Notes: generated by a model not told the origin, from the sequence alone. 64,000 bases of DNA from Anaerolineae bacterium (GCA_050949345.1 JBMNFN010000001.1:620786-684785); one strand, 5' to 3'; counted from the first letter of the stretch, positions 38,759 through 49,346 are shown. Program-made: numbers and translations.

Positions 38759-40522
38759 TCAACCCTCAGCGACCATCAGGGTAAAACTAAAGGCACTGCC
38801 CCGGCCCTCCACGCTGCTCAGGCTGATCTCGCCGCCATGGGCCTCGACGATATGGCGGGCGATGGCCAGCCCCAGCCCGATCCCCCCGGAGGATCGAGAG
38901 GCATCTGTCTTGAAAAAGCGCTCAAAGACCCTGGGGGCGGCCTCTGCAGACACGCCGATGCCGGTGTCTCGCACGGTGATCCGGACCATGTCGCCCTCTG
39001 CCCGGGCGTCGACGTAAATACGCCCTCCAGCGGGGGTGAATTTGCAGGCATTCTGCAGCAGATTGCTCATCACAATGCTTATCTGACTGCGATCGGCCAA
39101 CACGGGCGGCAGGTCGGCAGCCAAATCCGTCTGCAGCTCCAAGCCGGCCTGTTCCACGGCGGGCTGCATGCGCTCCAGTGCCGGCTCCACCAGTTCCTGC
39201 ACCGTAACCCGCTCCAGACGCATCTGGGCCTGACCTGACTCGACCTGGGCCAGCTGCAGCAGCGCCTCCACCGTTTGCGTCAATTCACTCACATTGACAT
39301 CCATGCGCTCCAAAAAGTGAGCAGCCGCCGGCGGATCGTCGATGGCGCCATCGCGCAGGGTATCCACCAGGGCCCTCAGACCCGCTATTGGGGTACGCAG
39401 CTCATGAGAGATGTTGCTGACAAACTCGCGGCGCGTGCGTTCCAGCTGCCGAAGGCGGGCCACGTCACGCAGCACCAACAGGCACCGTCCGTCTCCGGAC
39501 TCATCCGCAACCGGGCTGGCAATCAGTTCTACTGTGATGCCCGTATCCGCCAGATCCACGATCTCGCTTTGCTCCTGCTGGTCGGAAAGGCAGGAGCGCA
39601 AAGCGCGAATAATGCCTTCTTCGCGCGCTACGTGGGCCAGGGATCGTCCCACAGCGTCGCCCTCACGGACGCCAAGGATACGCTCGCCCGCCGGGTTGAT
39701 GAGCTGCACTGCGCCCTGCGCATCGGTGATGACGATGCCGTCTGCCATGTGTTCCAGAATCGCTGCCGCCTGCGAGCGCTGTCTCCCGAGGTCATCGATG
39801 GTGCCCTGCAACGCCTCCACCATGCTGATGAGGTCTCGGGTCAGCGTGCCCACCTCATCCTGTGTCCGGGCCACCAGCCGCACAGAGAGATCCCCCTCAG
39901 CGGCGCGGCGCACTACCGACGTCAGCTGTCGGATGGGGCGCGCGGTCTTTTCGGCCAGCGCCACCCCCAGGATCAAAACCGCCCCCAGCAGCAGGCCGGT
40001 TGCTCCGAGTATCCTGCGACGTAGAGCGGTGACCTTGGCGTCGATGGCCCGCAACGGCACAGCCAGGCGCACATAAGCAGGCGCCGGATCCTCCGGCGGG
40101 TTGGGCACGGCTACATACAGCGCGTTATAGTTCAGGGTATCGCTGTAGCGCTGCTCGATGCCCACACCGGATGTGCGAGCGGCCACGATCTCGGGCCGAT
40201 GCAGATGATTGAGCATGGTACTGGCATCTGCCACCGAGTCGGCAATCACCACGCCCTGAGCGTCGATCAGAGTCACCCTGGCACTGACCAGATCCGCCTG
40301 GCGCTGTGCCAGCGTGACAGCGGCAGCGCTGTCCTCTGCGGCAAACACGTCCCGGCTCATGTCGCCGATGAGACGCGCCTCTGAGATCAGCTGCTCCTGC
40401 AACTGGGCGATATAGCTGTTGCGTACAAAGCCGAGGACATACCAGGTGAGCGCTCCCATGACCAGCGCAATAAGAACAAGATAGGTTACCGCAATGCGGG
40501 CACGCAGACTCTTGAATTGCAT
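38759..40522 (-). CDS. phoR: Sensor histidine kinase, PhoR/ResE-like (TM – extracytoplasmic domain – TM – HAMP – PAS – HisKA – HATPase)
   Basis: Two TM helices flank a roughly 150 aa extracytoplasmic domain. H-box NISHELRTPIAG and HATPase N/G boxes (NLLQNACKF, DTGIGV, GGIGLGLAI). Confidence 0.7.
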   Translation of the reverse strand: MQFKSLRARIAVTYLVLIALVMGALTWYVLGFVRNSYIAQLQEQLISEARLIGDMSRDVFAAEDSAAAVTLAQRQADLVSARVTLIDAQGVVIADSVADASTMLNHLHRPEIVAARTSGVGIEQRYSDTLNYNALYVAVPNPPEDPAPAYVRLAVPLRAIDAKVTALRRRILGATGLLLGAVLILGVALAEKTARPIRQLTSVVRRAAEGDLSVRLVARTQDEVGTLTRDLISMVEALQGTIDDLGRQRSQAAAILEHMADGIVITDAQGAVQLINPAGERILGVREGDAVGRSLAHVAREEGIIRALRSCLSDQQEQSEIVDLADTGITVELIASPVADESGDGRCLLVLRDVARLRQLERTRREFVSNISHELRTPIAGLRALVDTLRDGAIDDPPAAAHFLERMDVNVSELTQTVEALLQLAQVESGQAQMRLERVTVQELVEPALERMQPAVEQAGLELQTDLAADLPPVLADRSQISIVMSNLLQNACKFTPAGGRIYVDARAEGDMVRITVRDTGIGVSAEAAPRVFERFFKTDASRSSGGIGLGLAIARHIVEAHGGEISLSSVEGRGSAFSFTLMVAEG

Positions 40523-40526
40523 GTGC

Positions 40527-41321
40527 CTACCCCTCGAAACGATATCCAACTCCACGCACCGTCTGAATACGCGCCGGCGCCGAAGGGTCCAGCTCTATCT
40601 TTTCCCGCAGCCAGCGCACATGAACATCTACCGTACGGGTTCCACCACCGTAGCTCCAGCCCCAAACCCGTTCCAGAATGAGATCCCGGGAGACGACGAT
40701 GCGCTTGTTCTGCACCAAAAAGAGCAACAGATCGTACTCTCGGGGACGAAGATCCAGGGGCTTGCCGTCCAGCAGTGCCTCGTGACGTCGGGTGTCCAGC
40801 TGAAGGTTACCACTCACTAGAAGGGAGGCGCTACCGGCCTGGTCGCTCCCCGCAGCCAGAACGTCCTCCTGAAGTGGGCGCGAACGCCGCAGCAGCGCCC
40901 GTATCCGTGCCAACAACTCGCGCATTCCAAAGGGCTTGGTCACATAGTCGTCCGCACCGACCTCCAGCCCCACCACCTTGTCGATCTCTTCGGTGCGCGC
41001 GGTGAGCATCAGGATCAACACGTCACCCTGGCTGCGCAAACGGCGACACACCTCCAAGCCGTCGATGCCGGGCAGCATCACATCCAGCAGCACCAGCTGC
41101 GGCTGAAAACGCGAGGCCAGCTCCAGCGCCCTGAGCCCATCGCTGGCCGAGGCCACGGCATAGCCCTCTCGTCCCAGCCGATAGGTCAGGGTTTCGAGAA
41201 GGCTGACATCGTCCTCCACCACAAGGATGCGCCCCTGCGCCGCAGGGTTCGATGGCTGTACCGAAGCATCGCCCCAAGCGCCTCCGGAGGCTGTGTCACT
41301 TGTTCCACTCGGACAGGTCAT
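40527..41321 (-). CDS. phoB: OmpR/PhoB-family response regulator
   Basis: REC domain (ILVVEDD .. LVLLDVMLPGIDG .. TARTEEIDKV) plus a winged-helix Trans_reg_C (RTVDVHVRWLREKIE .. GVGYRF). The symbol is inferred from pst adjacency only. Confidence 0.7.
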   Translation of the reverse strand: MTCPSGTSDTASGGAWGDASVQPSNPAAQGRILVVEDDVSLLETLTYRLGREGYAVASASDGLRALELASRFQPQLVLLDVMLPGIDGLEVCRRLRSQGDVLILMLTARTEEIDKVVGLEVGADDYVTKPFGMRELLARIRALLRRSRPLQEDVLAAGSDQAGSASLLVSGNLQLDTRRHEALLDGKPLDLRPREYDLLLFLVQNKRIVVSRDLILERVWGWSYGGGTRTVDVHVRWLREKIELDPSAPARIQTVRGVGYRFEG

Positions 41322-43966
41322 CCCGTCGTTCTCCTGTTCATGGCCTGCGCCACCACCTGTCTGACGTCTTCCTGGCCAAAGGGTTTGGAAAGGAGAGCAT
41401 CTGCGCACATCTCTCGCAACTGCTCGGGAGTGATGGTCTCTCCCCACCCCGTAGTCACCACGATGGCCAGCTGCGGGTACCGCGCACGCGCCTCCTGCAT
41501 CACCATGGTCCCCGGCATGCCCGGCATCCCCAGGTCACAGATCAAGAGATCGTAATGCGCCTGTTGCAGGGCCGCCAATCCCTCCGGACCGCTGCCTGCC
41601 AGGTCAACGACGTGCCCCTGCCGCTCCAGCAGGCGCCCAAGCACAGTGCGTACGCGCTCTTCGTCATCCACCACCAGGGAGTTGAGGGAGCCGGTGAAAG
41701 CCGCTGACGAGGCCTGTCCCTCCGATTGGTGCGAGCCAGCGAGGCCACCGGAAGGAAATCTGAGGGTCACCGTCGTCCCCGCGCCCTGCGTGCTGGCGAT
41801 GCTCATGGTTCCACCGTGACGCCGGACGATGCTGTCGGAAACGGTCAACCCAAGCCCGCTGCTCTTTTTGGTGGTGTAAAAAGGCTCCACTACCCGAGCG
41901 AGGAACTGCGGTGCAATGCCGCAGCCCGTATCCTGGATCATCAAGCAGGTCTCGGTTCCGTCCTGCCAGGTGCGAAAGAGCAACGTGCCCCCCTGCGGCA
42001 TGGCGTCCAGCGCATTGATGAGCAGGTTGCTCACCACGCGGCGCAGCTCGCCTGCATTGCCCAGCACAGCGGGCGGCTCCGCTAATTGCGTATCCACTGA
42101 ATAGGTAACGCCCTGAAACTGGGGGATGTCCTTCCAGCGGGGACGATGCAAAGCCAGGGCGTCGGTGACCACCTGGTCAAGCTGAACGGGCACCAGGTCG
42201 CTGAGGTCGTTGGTCTCGCGATAAAAGGCTTGCACACGCAAAACCGCCTCGGCCGCGTCGTGGGCGCCCGCCTCGATCTGAGCGAGATAGTCGCCCATGG
42301 CATCTGTGGCGTTCCTCGCCAGATCGTCGATCGCCATCTGGGTATACCCCAGGATGCTGACCAGGATGTTGTTAAAGTCATGTGCAATGCCACCGGCAAT
42401 CTGTCCCAGGGCGCTCATCCTCTCCGCCTGAACCAATGCCTCCTGAGCGCGGATGCGCTCCGAGATATCTGTGATGAGCAGCATCATGTGCGGCTGCCCG
42501 TCGAACTGGACGCAGGAGCCGCGCAGCTCCACCGGAAAGGTACGTCCTCCCGAGGCCACCGCCTGAGTGGAAAGGGTCGAACTCTCGTCCGCGGACTCGC
42601 CTGCGCTGCAGAGCGCAACCGACTCCAGGGACACCGTAAAGAGGCTCTCTATGCTGGAACCGAGCATGTCGTACAGTTCCATGTCAAAGAGCCGACAGGT
42701 GGTGCGGCTGGCAGCGGTCACATGGCCTTCGGCGTCGGCCAGGATCAAGCCATCGCGGGCGGCCTCAAAAATGGCCCGATACTGCGACTCGCTCTCTGTC
42801 AGCAGCCCCATCAGACGACTGTTGCGGATGGCGATGGCCGTCTGGTTGGCATAGGCCTGAATGGCAGAGACATTCTCTACCGAAATCCAGGAACTGGCCA
42901 CGAACAGAAACCCGATCAATTGGCCGTCGGTACGGAGCGGGGCAAGGACACCGGTCATCGGACCCAGGGCCTGCGCTATCTGCCGGGCAGAAAAGGGATC
43001 ATCCACGGCGAGCAGTACCGAGCCAAGATCCATGGGAATGACCGACTGGGCAGTACGCGCTGCACGCTCCAAAATGGCGCGGGCCCGGTTCAGCGTAGCG
43101 GGATGGGGTTGCTGCACCACCAGCTCGACGGCATGCCGAAAGCGGGTGTCTCCGCGAAAGCCGACCCAGTTCAGCTGTGAGTGGTCGCTGCTGTACAGGG
43201 CGATCACCGAGTTGAGCCCCAGGGCAAAGAGCTCGTCCGTCACCGCCTCCACCACATCCGACAGAGAGAGGGAGGCATCCTGAACCGCCGTTGCCGCTGC
43301 ATTCAAGCCATGCATGATCTGCTGTGCACGCACGCGGTCGCTGACATCGCGCAGGATGACCTGGACACTGGACACTTCGCGGAGCGCATCGTCATAGAGC
43401 GGCACCATGACACACTCTACCCAGCGCTCTTCACCGGCCCGGTCGACGATACGCACCTCTCGGCTGCTGCCCTGAGGGTGGAGGGTAACCTCGTCCAGCT
43501 GATCGCGGAGGCGATCGCGATCCCTGAGCGCAAAGAGATCCATCAGGTTGACGTGCACCCCGTTGCCCCGCAACTCACCGGGGGCATAGCCCACCAGCCC
43601 CATGGAATTGCCGGCCACCTCCAGGATCTGCCCATCCGCATGAATGACCAGGATCAACTCTTGCAGGTTGCCCAACAGTGTCCGCAGCCGTCCCTCGGCG
43701 TTAAAAGACCCGTCTCCCACTCCTGCAGCACGACGTTCCATCCGTGCCTCCAACCCGCGGATGTGCTCGTATGCCAACGCTGGCTCACGACTCTGCTCAC
43801 GGTCTGTATCTGACTGGCCCCGGGGTGTTGCACGCCGGTCAGGGAGGTCCATTGGGCTTACACCACGGTGTTCCGCAGCCAGGGGCTCAGCACACAGCAC
43901 CGATACAGGCGACGCGGCAGCGGCACAACACTCGCCTGTCAGGGCGCCAGTGACTCGGTTGTCCAA
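41318..43966 (-). CDS. Hybrid sensor histidine kinase with multiple PAS/GAF modules and a C-terminal receiver
   Basis: H-box AHDFNNIL, HATPase (GCGIAPQF .. GLGLTV) and a C-terminal REC (HVVDLAGSG .. DLLICDLGMPGMPG). The true start may be MDLPDRR (43852). Confidence 0.75.
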   Translation of the reverse strand: MDNRVTGALTGECCAAAASPVSVLCAEPLAAEHRGVSPMDLPDRRATPRGQSDTDREQSREPALAYEHIRGLEARMERRAAGVGDGSFNAEGRLRTLLGNLQELILVIHADGQILEVAGNSMGLVGYAPGELRGNGVHVNLMDLFALRDRDRLRDQLDEVTLHPQGSSREVRIVDRAGEERWVECVMVPLYDDALREVSSVQVILRDVSDRVRAQQIMHGLNAAATAVQDASLSLSDVVEAVTDELFALGLNSVIALYSSDHSQLNWVGFRGDTRFRHAVELVVQQPHPATLNRARAILERAARTAQSVIPMDLGSVLLAVDDPFSARQIAQALGPMTGVLAPLRTDGQLIGFLFVASSWISVENVSAIQAYANQTAIAIRNSRLMGLLTESESQYRAIFEAARDGLILADAEGHVTAASRTTCRLFDMELYDMLGSSIESLFTVSLESVALCSAGESADESSTLSTQAVASGGRTFPVELRGSCVQFDGQPHMMLLITDISERIRAQEALVQAERMSALGQIAGGIAHDFNNILVSILGYTQMAIDDLARNATDAMGDYLAQIEAGAHDAAEAVLRVQAFYRETNDLSDLVPVQLDQVVTDALALHRPRWKDIPQFQGVTYSVDTQLAEPPAVLGNAGELRRVVSNLLINALDAMPQGGTLLFRTWQDGTETCLMIQDTGCGIAPQFLARVVEPFYTTKKSSGLGLTVSDSIVRRHGGTMSIASTQGAGTTVTLRFPSGGLAGSHQSEGQASSAAFTGSLNSLVVDDEERVRTVLGRLLERQGHVVDLAGSGPEGLAALQQAHYDLLICDLGMPGMPGTMVMQEARARYPQLAIVVTTGWGETITPEQLREMCADALLSKPFGQEDVRQVVAQAMNRRTTG

Positions 43967-44433
43967 ACATGCACGATATGACCACCAGCCGGGAGACAGA
44001 GCTCTGCCCAGATCTCTACCGGCAGGTCGATACGCACCACCGTCCCCGTCGCCATCGCAATCGCGCGGTCGCCCAGGAAGAACACCAACTCCTCGAGGTC
44101 CGGATTGTGCCCGACGACAAGTACGCTCTGGACCGAGTCCTCGAGTGCGCTGAGCAGCTGAACGACGGTCGTGGGCGAAGCACCGTAAAGTGCCGACTCG
44201 ACGCGAAGGTCAGGAGCCTTTTCCCAGGCACGGGCCACGCGGCGTGCCGTGCTGGTGGCGCGACGCGCACTGGAAGTCAGGATGAGGTCCGGAGCAGACT
44301 CTGCCTCGGCAAGTGCGCGCCCCAGCGCCCGCGCGTCGCGCTTGCCCCGTGGTGACAATTTGCGCTCGTGATCGGGCGTCTGGGCCTGATCCCAACGGGA
44401 CTTGGTATGGCGCATCACATAGAGCGTTCGCAT
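43939..44433 (-). CDS. sixA: Phosphohistidine phosphatase SixA-like (histidine phosphatase superfamily)
   Basis: RHTKS N-terminal catalytic motif (LYVMRHTKSRWD) and a downstream GHNP; about 164 aa. Confidence 0.65.
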   Translation of the reverse strand: MRTLYVMRHTKSRWDQAQTPDHERKLSPRGKRDARALGRALAEAESAPDLILTSSARRATSTARRVARAWEKAPDLRVESALYGASPTTVVQLLSALEDSVQSVLVVGHNPDLEELVFFLGDRAIAMATGTVVRIDLPVEIWAELCLPAGGHIVHVWTTESLAP

Positions 44434-44461
44434 GTTGGCATCGCCCCCTGTTGACAGGCTG

Positions 44462-46240
44462 CTACAGGGCCTGCTTGAGCAACGCGAGCAGCTGGCCCAA
44501 TCCCTCTTTGACGTCGGTTCCCAGATCGATGCGGAGCACACGACGACCATTTTCCACCAGGGCAACCATGTCGCCGGCAGCCTGAGCGCTCTTGAGAACC
44601 CCAAAGGAGTAGGCGTGGCCCGGGATGGCAAGATCATCGGACTCGGTTTGGGTGAGCTGCAGGAAGAACCCACTGTTGCTGCCGCCCTTGTGCAGCTGGC
44701 CGGTACTGTGCAGGAAACGGGGCCCAAAGCCCACGGTGGTGGCGCTTCCCAGCCGAGCCCCCAGCAGAGCACGGATCTCTTGCAGCTGTGCCGCGTAAGC
44801 AGGATTCCGATCCACATAAGCCATGATGGCCACATAATCACAGGGCCGCACCTGCTCCAGGAAGCTGCTCAGGCAGGAGACCATATCCATGCCGGAAGGC
44901 GCGGCGCCATACAGTGCCAGGGGCCCCTCTTGAACCACGGGATCGACCCGGGCCAGCGCACCGGTCTGCTCAAAGGTCTGCAGCGCCAGGCGTGCGCCAT
45001 CCTTGGCCTGCTCCACGTTGGGCTGATCAAAGGGGTTGATGCCCAGGATCTGCCCAGCCACCGCGGTAGCCATCTCCCAACGAAAGAACTCGGCGCCCAG
45101 GGCGTATCTGTTATCCATTTGCATCACGAGCACCGGCTGGCCAGCATCCACCAACTCCTGCACCAGCGCATCCGTAGCCTCATTGGCGTCGTCCGCCAGG
45201 CGCAGATAGGCAAACACGCGATCCTGGCCATAGGCAGCCACCGGACGCTCCGGCTCGCTCTCGATGGGCAGAATACCAGTACCGAGTTTGCCGGTACTCT
45301 CGGCGATGAGCTGCTCGCCCCACCACCCAAAAGAGGCCAGGCTCGGGCTGGTGATATAGGTGAGCTTGTCGCGCCCGGACTGAGCCAGGGCACCAAGCGC
45401 AGCACCCAGCCGGATGCCGGGATTGTCGCTTACTGCAACGGTGGCGCGACAACGTTCCGCCATCTCTTTGGCGCCCTTTAACAGGCGGTCGCAGTCGATG
45501 CCCAGGAGAGCGCCAGGTACCAAGCCAAACAGAGACAGCGCCGAGTAGCGTCCACCCACCTCCGGCGTGGCGAGGTACGTGGCCAGGAACCCCTTTTCCC
45601 GCGCTTCGGTGACCAGCGGCGTTCCCGGATCGGTGATGACGATCACATGGTCGACCCAACGGTCACCCACGATGGCGGACAGTTCCTGCCCAAAGTACTC
45701 CAGCAACGTGCGGGTTTCGGCCGTAGTACCGGACTTGCTGGCGGCGATGAACACGGCACGCTCCAAAGGGCCCTCGGCTTGGACCCGACGGATCTGCGCA
45801 GGATCGGTGGCATCGAGCACTACCAGCGCGATGCCATCCGGAGCAACGCCAAACACCTCACTGAGCACTTCGGGAGCCAGGCTGCTCCCACCCATGCCCA
45901 GCAGCACGGCTCGCTCTATCTTTCGTGCCCGTAACTCTACGCGCAGCGCCTCCAGCCGAGGGACGTCCACACGCATCGCTTCGGGCAGATCGAGCCAGCC
46001 CAAGCGCTCCTCGATGCCGCGCACCTCGCCGGGATCATCGCTCCAAAAGCCACCGTCTCGGGCCCAGATTCTGCGGCCCGCTGACTGGGCAGTCAGTTGG
46101 TCGAGGGTCTGCTGCACGGTAGAAGAATAATCGTGCAGGATTTCGAGATAATCCCCTTTGAGCGCGTCCATCCAAGGAAACGGGCACATATTGCCTCCGC
46201 TGAACACCAGGTTGTGTCGATCGAGCCAACAAAGTAACAC
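44462..46240 (-). CDS. pgi: Glucose-6-phosphate isomerase
   Basis: PGI signature VGGRYSALSLFGLVPGALLGID plus the SKSGTTAET sugar-isomerase motif; the start is ambiguous (46240, 46189 or 46171). Confidence 0.85.
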   Translation of the reverse strand: MLLCWLDRHNLVFSGGNMCPFPWMDALKGDYLEILHDYSSTVQQTLDQLTAQSAGRRIWARDGGFWSDDPGEVRGIEERLGWLDLPEAMRVDVPRLEALRVELRARKIERAVLLGMGGSSLAPEVLSEVFGVAPDGIALVVLDATDPAQIRRVQAEGPLERAVFIAASKSGTTAETRTLLEYFGQELSAIVGDRWVDHVIVITDPGTPLVTEAREKGFLATYLATPEVGGRYSALSLFGLVPGALLGIDCDRLLKGAKEMAERCRATVAVSDNPGIRLGAALGALAQSGRDKLTYITSPSLASFGWWGEQLIAESTGKLGTGILPIESEPERPVAAYGQDRVFAYLRLADDANEATDALVQELVDAGQPVLVMQMDNRYALGAEFFRWEMATAVAGQILGINPFDQPNVEQAKDGARLALQTFEQTGALARVDPVVQEGPLALYGAAPSGMDMVSCLSSFLEQVRPCDYVAIMAYVDRNPAYAAQLQEIRALLGARLGSATTVGFGPRFLHSTGQLHKGGSNSGFFLQLTQTESDDLAIPGHAYSFGVLKSAQAAGDMVALVENGRRVLRIDLGTDVKEGLGQLLALLKQAL

Positions 46241-46275
46241 AGGGATGGGCCCCAGTCAACCCAGGGAGCCCTCCC

Positions 46276-47190
46276 CTACAGGTAAAGAGCCGCCAGGAGA
46301 TGCGGCAACAGCGCCACCACCAGCACGCCGATCAGCATCGAGCTGGACACGATTGCGGCCGCCAGACCCGTATCCAGCCCCTCCTTGCCGGCCAGCACCA
46401 GGCCGGTGGTGCCCGCGGGCAGCGCCGAACCCACGGTAGCGATCACCAAACTCAGGCCCTGCAGGCCCAGCAGCTGGGCCAGGCCCCAGCCCAGCATGCC
46501 CCCCAGCACCATGCGAATGCCTACATACTGTGCCACAAGAGCACCATATCCTCTGGAAGGGCGCAGAAACATCCCCACCGCCAGCATGGAGAGTGGGGTG
46601 TTGGCGGTTGCCAGTCGCTGGAGCAGGCCTGCCGCGACGGCGGGAAGGGGCCTGTCCAGGACCGCCAGTGCCACACCCACGAGCGCCCCAATCAGGATGG
46701 GGGAGGAAAAGATGCCCCGCACGCTGATGCGACCCACACCAGAGCCAAAGCGCCGCGCCAGGTAGGTGGCCAGGATGGCGGCATAGAAGACGTTGCCCAT
46801 ATCGTACAGGGCGATGCGCGCCAGGCCCTCGGGGCCATAGTACAGCTCCATAAAGGGAAAGGCGAAAACGCCCATCACTACCAGGGTCACCAGCAAGACG
46901 CCGCGCCGACGGGGTGCCTCCGCCAGACGGCGCGTAGTGAGATACATGATCCCCGCCAACAGAGTGGGCAAGGTCATCCCGATCAAGGGGAGCAGCAGCA
47001 GCTGGGGCGTCAGGTCCACCCGGGCGATGGAAAAGGCCACGGCCGCGGGAATGGTGACGTGGTACACCAGACGCGTCAGTGCCAGAGCGCCCTGGTGATC
47101 CACAATGCGGAACTGACGGACCGCCCATCCCACTGCGATCAGCAGCAGGATCGGCAAAGCCGAGCCGGAGGCCACCAGTGCAGCACTCAT
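46276..47190 (-). CDS. AEC (auxin efflux carrier / malate permease-like) family transporter
   Basis: About 10 TM helices with an AEC-type two-fold repeat organisation. Confidence 0.65.
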   Translation of the reverse strand: MSAALVASGSALPILLLIAVGWAVRQFRIVDHQGALALTRLVYHVTIPAAVAFSIARVDLTPQLLLLPLIGMTLPTLLAGIMYLTTRRLAEAPRRRGVLLVTLVVMGVFAFPFMELYYGPEGLARIALYDMGNVFYAAILATYLARRFGSGVGRISVRGIFSSPILIGALVGVALAVLDRPLPAVAAGLLQRLATANTPLSMLAVGMFLRPSRGYGALVAQYVGIRMVLGGMLGWGLAQLLGLQGLSLVIATVGSALPAGTTGLVLAGKEGLDTGLAAAIVSSSMLIGVLVVALLPHLLAALYL

Positions 47191-47314
47191 GCGCAGCGAC
47201 CCGAACGCGATTTCCCAGTCAGGCCGAGAGCTTCCTGCCCAGGCGGCAAAAGGCGCCTATCGCCGCGGTGATGCCCCACGGTGAGAAGGGGCAACACACA
47301 GGTGCTGCGCACCG

Positions 47315-48133
47315 TCAGCCCTCGCGGGGCGGCACAATTACGCAGGTGCCGTGTTCGCCCACCCATACCTGACGCTCGGGATACTTGACGCGCATATAGT
47401 CCACAAAGAGCTGCGGATTCTCCGAGTTGGAGCTGAACATCTCATAGTGGCCGGGCACGGTCAGCCGCGGCTTGAGCTCACCCGCCAGGTCCACGCTTTC
47501 CTGGTAGGTCATGTTACCGATGGTGTTGTGGGCATAGCGCACAGCATCGCGGCCATTAATGGGCAGGAACACGGCATCAAAGGACCAGCGCTCGAGCTTA
47601 CACCGCATCCCCTCATAGCGCGTGGTGTCGCCCGAATGATAGAGGCACACGCCATCCTGCTGGATGACAAAGCCCAGGTAGGGATAGCCCAGCTCGGGAT
47701 CATGATCGAGAAACTCATGCGCCGAGGCCACCGGAGTGATGACTGTGTCGCCATCCTGTACTACTTGGCCTTCGTCGGTGCCGATGACCCGTTCGGGGGC
47801 GATCCCCAGGCCCAGCACAGTGGCGCTGGCTGCCCGCGAGCACACAAAGCGCGCCTCAGGCGAGGCGGCCGCAATGCGAGGATAGGCCCAGCGATCGATA
47901 TGGTCCCCGTGATCGTGGGTGCCCAGCACCCAGTCCGCGTTGGTGATCTCGCTGGCATCCATGAGCGGAGGCACGTTGCGCCATGTGCCCGGTGCCAGGA
48001 AGGGATCGATGTAAAAGACCGTCTGCTCGATCTTGACGGCGTATCCCAGCTGCCCCAGCCACCAAAAGGCCATGGCCCCCCTGGGAAGTTGCAGGGCACT
48101 GATCTCGTCAACAAGCGCTCGTCCTGTGGTCAT
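47315..48133 (-). CDS. MBL-fold metallo-hydrolase (UlaG/lactonase-like)
   Basis: THDHGDH metal motif plus downstream His/Asp ligands (HSGDT, PINGRD .. H). Confidence 0.65.
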   Translation of the reverse strand: MTTGRALVDEISALQLPRGAMAFWWLGQLGYAVKIEQTVFYIDPFLAPGTWRNVPPLMDASEITNADWVLGTHDHGDHIDRWAYPRIAAASPEARFVCSRAASATVLGLGIAPERVIGTDEGQVVQDGDTVITPVASAHEFLDHDPELGYPYLGFVIQQDGVCLYHSGDTTRYEGMRCKLERWSFDAVFLPINGRDAVRYAHNTIGNMTYQESVDLAGELKPRLTVPGHYEMFSSNSENPQLFVDYMRVKYPERQVWVGEHGTCVIVPPREG

Positions 48134-48234
48134 GCTAACCTCCTCTATGGCGGTGCTGAGCCAGGGTAGACACACAGCACTCCACTCGCTAGAATACGCC
48201 GTAAGAGCAGTACTTTCAACTAGAGTACAAGGCG

Positions 48235-49308
48235 GTGGAGATGACAGAGCCCTGCATCATCAACAGCGTTGCCCCTATTCGCGTCTGTGACAACGGCGGC
48301 TGGACGGATACCTGGTTTGCGGAGCGCGGCAATATCTTTAACATCGGCGTCTACCCCTTTGTCGAGGTACAGATCGAGGCACGGCCGCGAGACGAAAACG
48401 CCGGACGGGTGGTGCTCCACGCCGAGAACTATGGGGATCGTTATGTCGTGTTTCCCCGATCGGAGCGACATGGCTGGATTCACCATCCTCTGCTGGAAGC
48501 CGCCATCGATCTGATGGGCGTGCCCGAGGACCTCTCGGTGCGCATCTCGATCTTTTCCGAGGCGCCGGCAGGATGTTCCACAGGAACCTCGGCCGCTGTG
48601 ACGGTGGCTCTGATCGGCGCGTTGGACCAGCTCTCCCCCGGCCGTATGACGCCGCTGGAGATCGCCTATGCCGCGCACCGCGTCGAGACCGAGATGCTGC
48701 AGCAACAGAGCGGCATTCAGGACCAGCTCTGCGCCGCCTATGGCGGAATCAATTATATCGAGATGTTCCAGTATCCCTACGCCGCCGTGTCACAAATCCT
48801 GGTGCCCAACCCCGTGTGGTGGGAGTTGGAGCGACGTCTCTGCCTGGTGTTTTTGGGAAGATCACACAGCTCGTCCGCGGTGCACGAGCGGGTGATTCAC
48901 AACATTCAGGCTGGAGGACCCGAGTTTGCCCAGCTGGAGCGGCTGCGTGAGTGCGCCCGAGCTTCGCGGGATGCCGTGTACGAGGGGGACTTTGAAGCGC
49001 TGGGGGCGGCCATGGTGCGCAACACCGAGGCGCAACGCGCCCTGCACCCCTCGCTGGTGAGCCACGAGGCGGAGCAGGTTATGCAGGTGGCTCGTGAGCA
49101 CGGCGCATTGGGATGGAAGGTCAACGGGGCTGGCGGCGAGGGCGGCTCGGTGACCCTGTTGTGTGGACCCAGCATGGGCGCCAAGCGGGCCATGATCAGA
49201 GAGATCGAGGCCACCAACCCCCTGTTCCAGAGCATCCCGCTCTACCTGAGCCGGTACGGCCTGCGGGTGTGGTCGCGGCCGCTCAACGGCGCCCGTAACG
49301 TCCTCTGA
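48235..49308 (+). CDS. GHMP-family sugar(-acid) kinase
   Basis: GHMP motif II PAGCSTGTSAAVTVALIGAL and C-terminal NGAGGEGGSVTLL. Confidence 0.7.
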   Translation: MEMTEPCIINSVAPIRVCDNGGWTDTWFAERGNIFNIGVYPFVEVQIEARPRDENAGRVVLHAENYGDRYVVFPRSERHGWIHHPLLEAAIDLMGVPEDLSVRISIFSEAPAGCSTGTSAAVTVALIGALDQLSPGRMTPLEIAYAAHRVETEMLQQQSGIQDQLCAAYGGINYIEMFQYPYAAVSQILVPNPVWWELERRLCLVFLGRSHSSSAVHERVIHNIQAGGPEFAQLERLRECARASRDAVYEGDFEALGAAMVRNTEAQRALHPSLVSHEAEQVMQVAREHGALGWKVNGAGGEGGSVTLLCGPSMGAKRAMIREIEATNPLFQSIPLYLSRYGLRVWSRPLNGARNVL

Positions 49309-49317
49309 CGAACGAAC

Positions 49318-49346
49318 AGAGGGCCGTGCCAGGGGCACGGCCCTCT
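49318..49346. terminator. Bidirectional terminator hairpin between the GHMP kinase and the Gfo/Idh/MocA gene
   Basis: AGAGGGCCGTGCC-AGGG-GCACGGCCCTCT: a 12-13 bp perfect stem, 10 nt after the plus-strand stop and 14 nt after the minus-strand stop. Confidence 0.55.
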
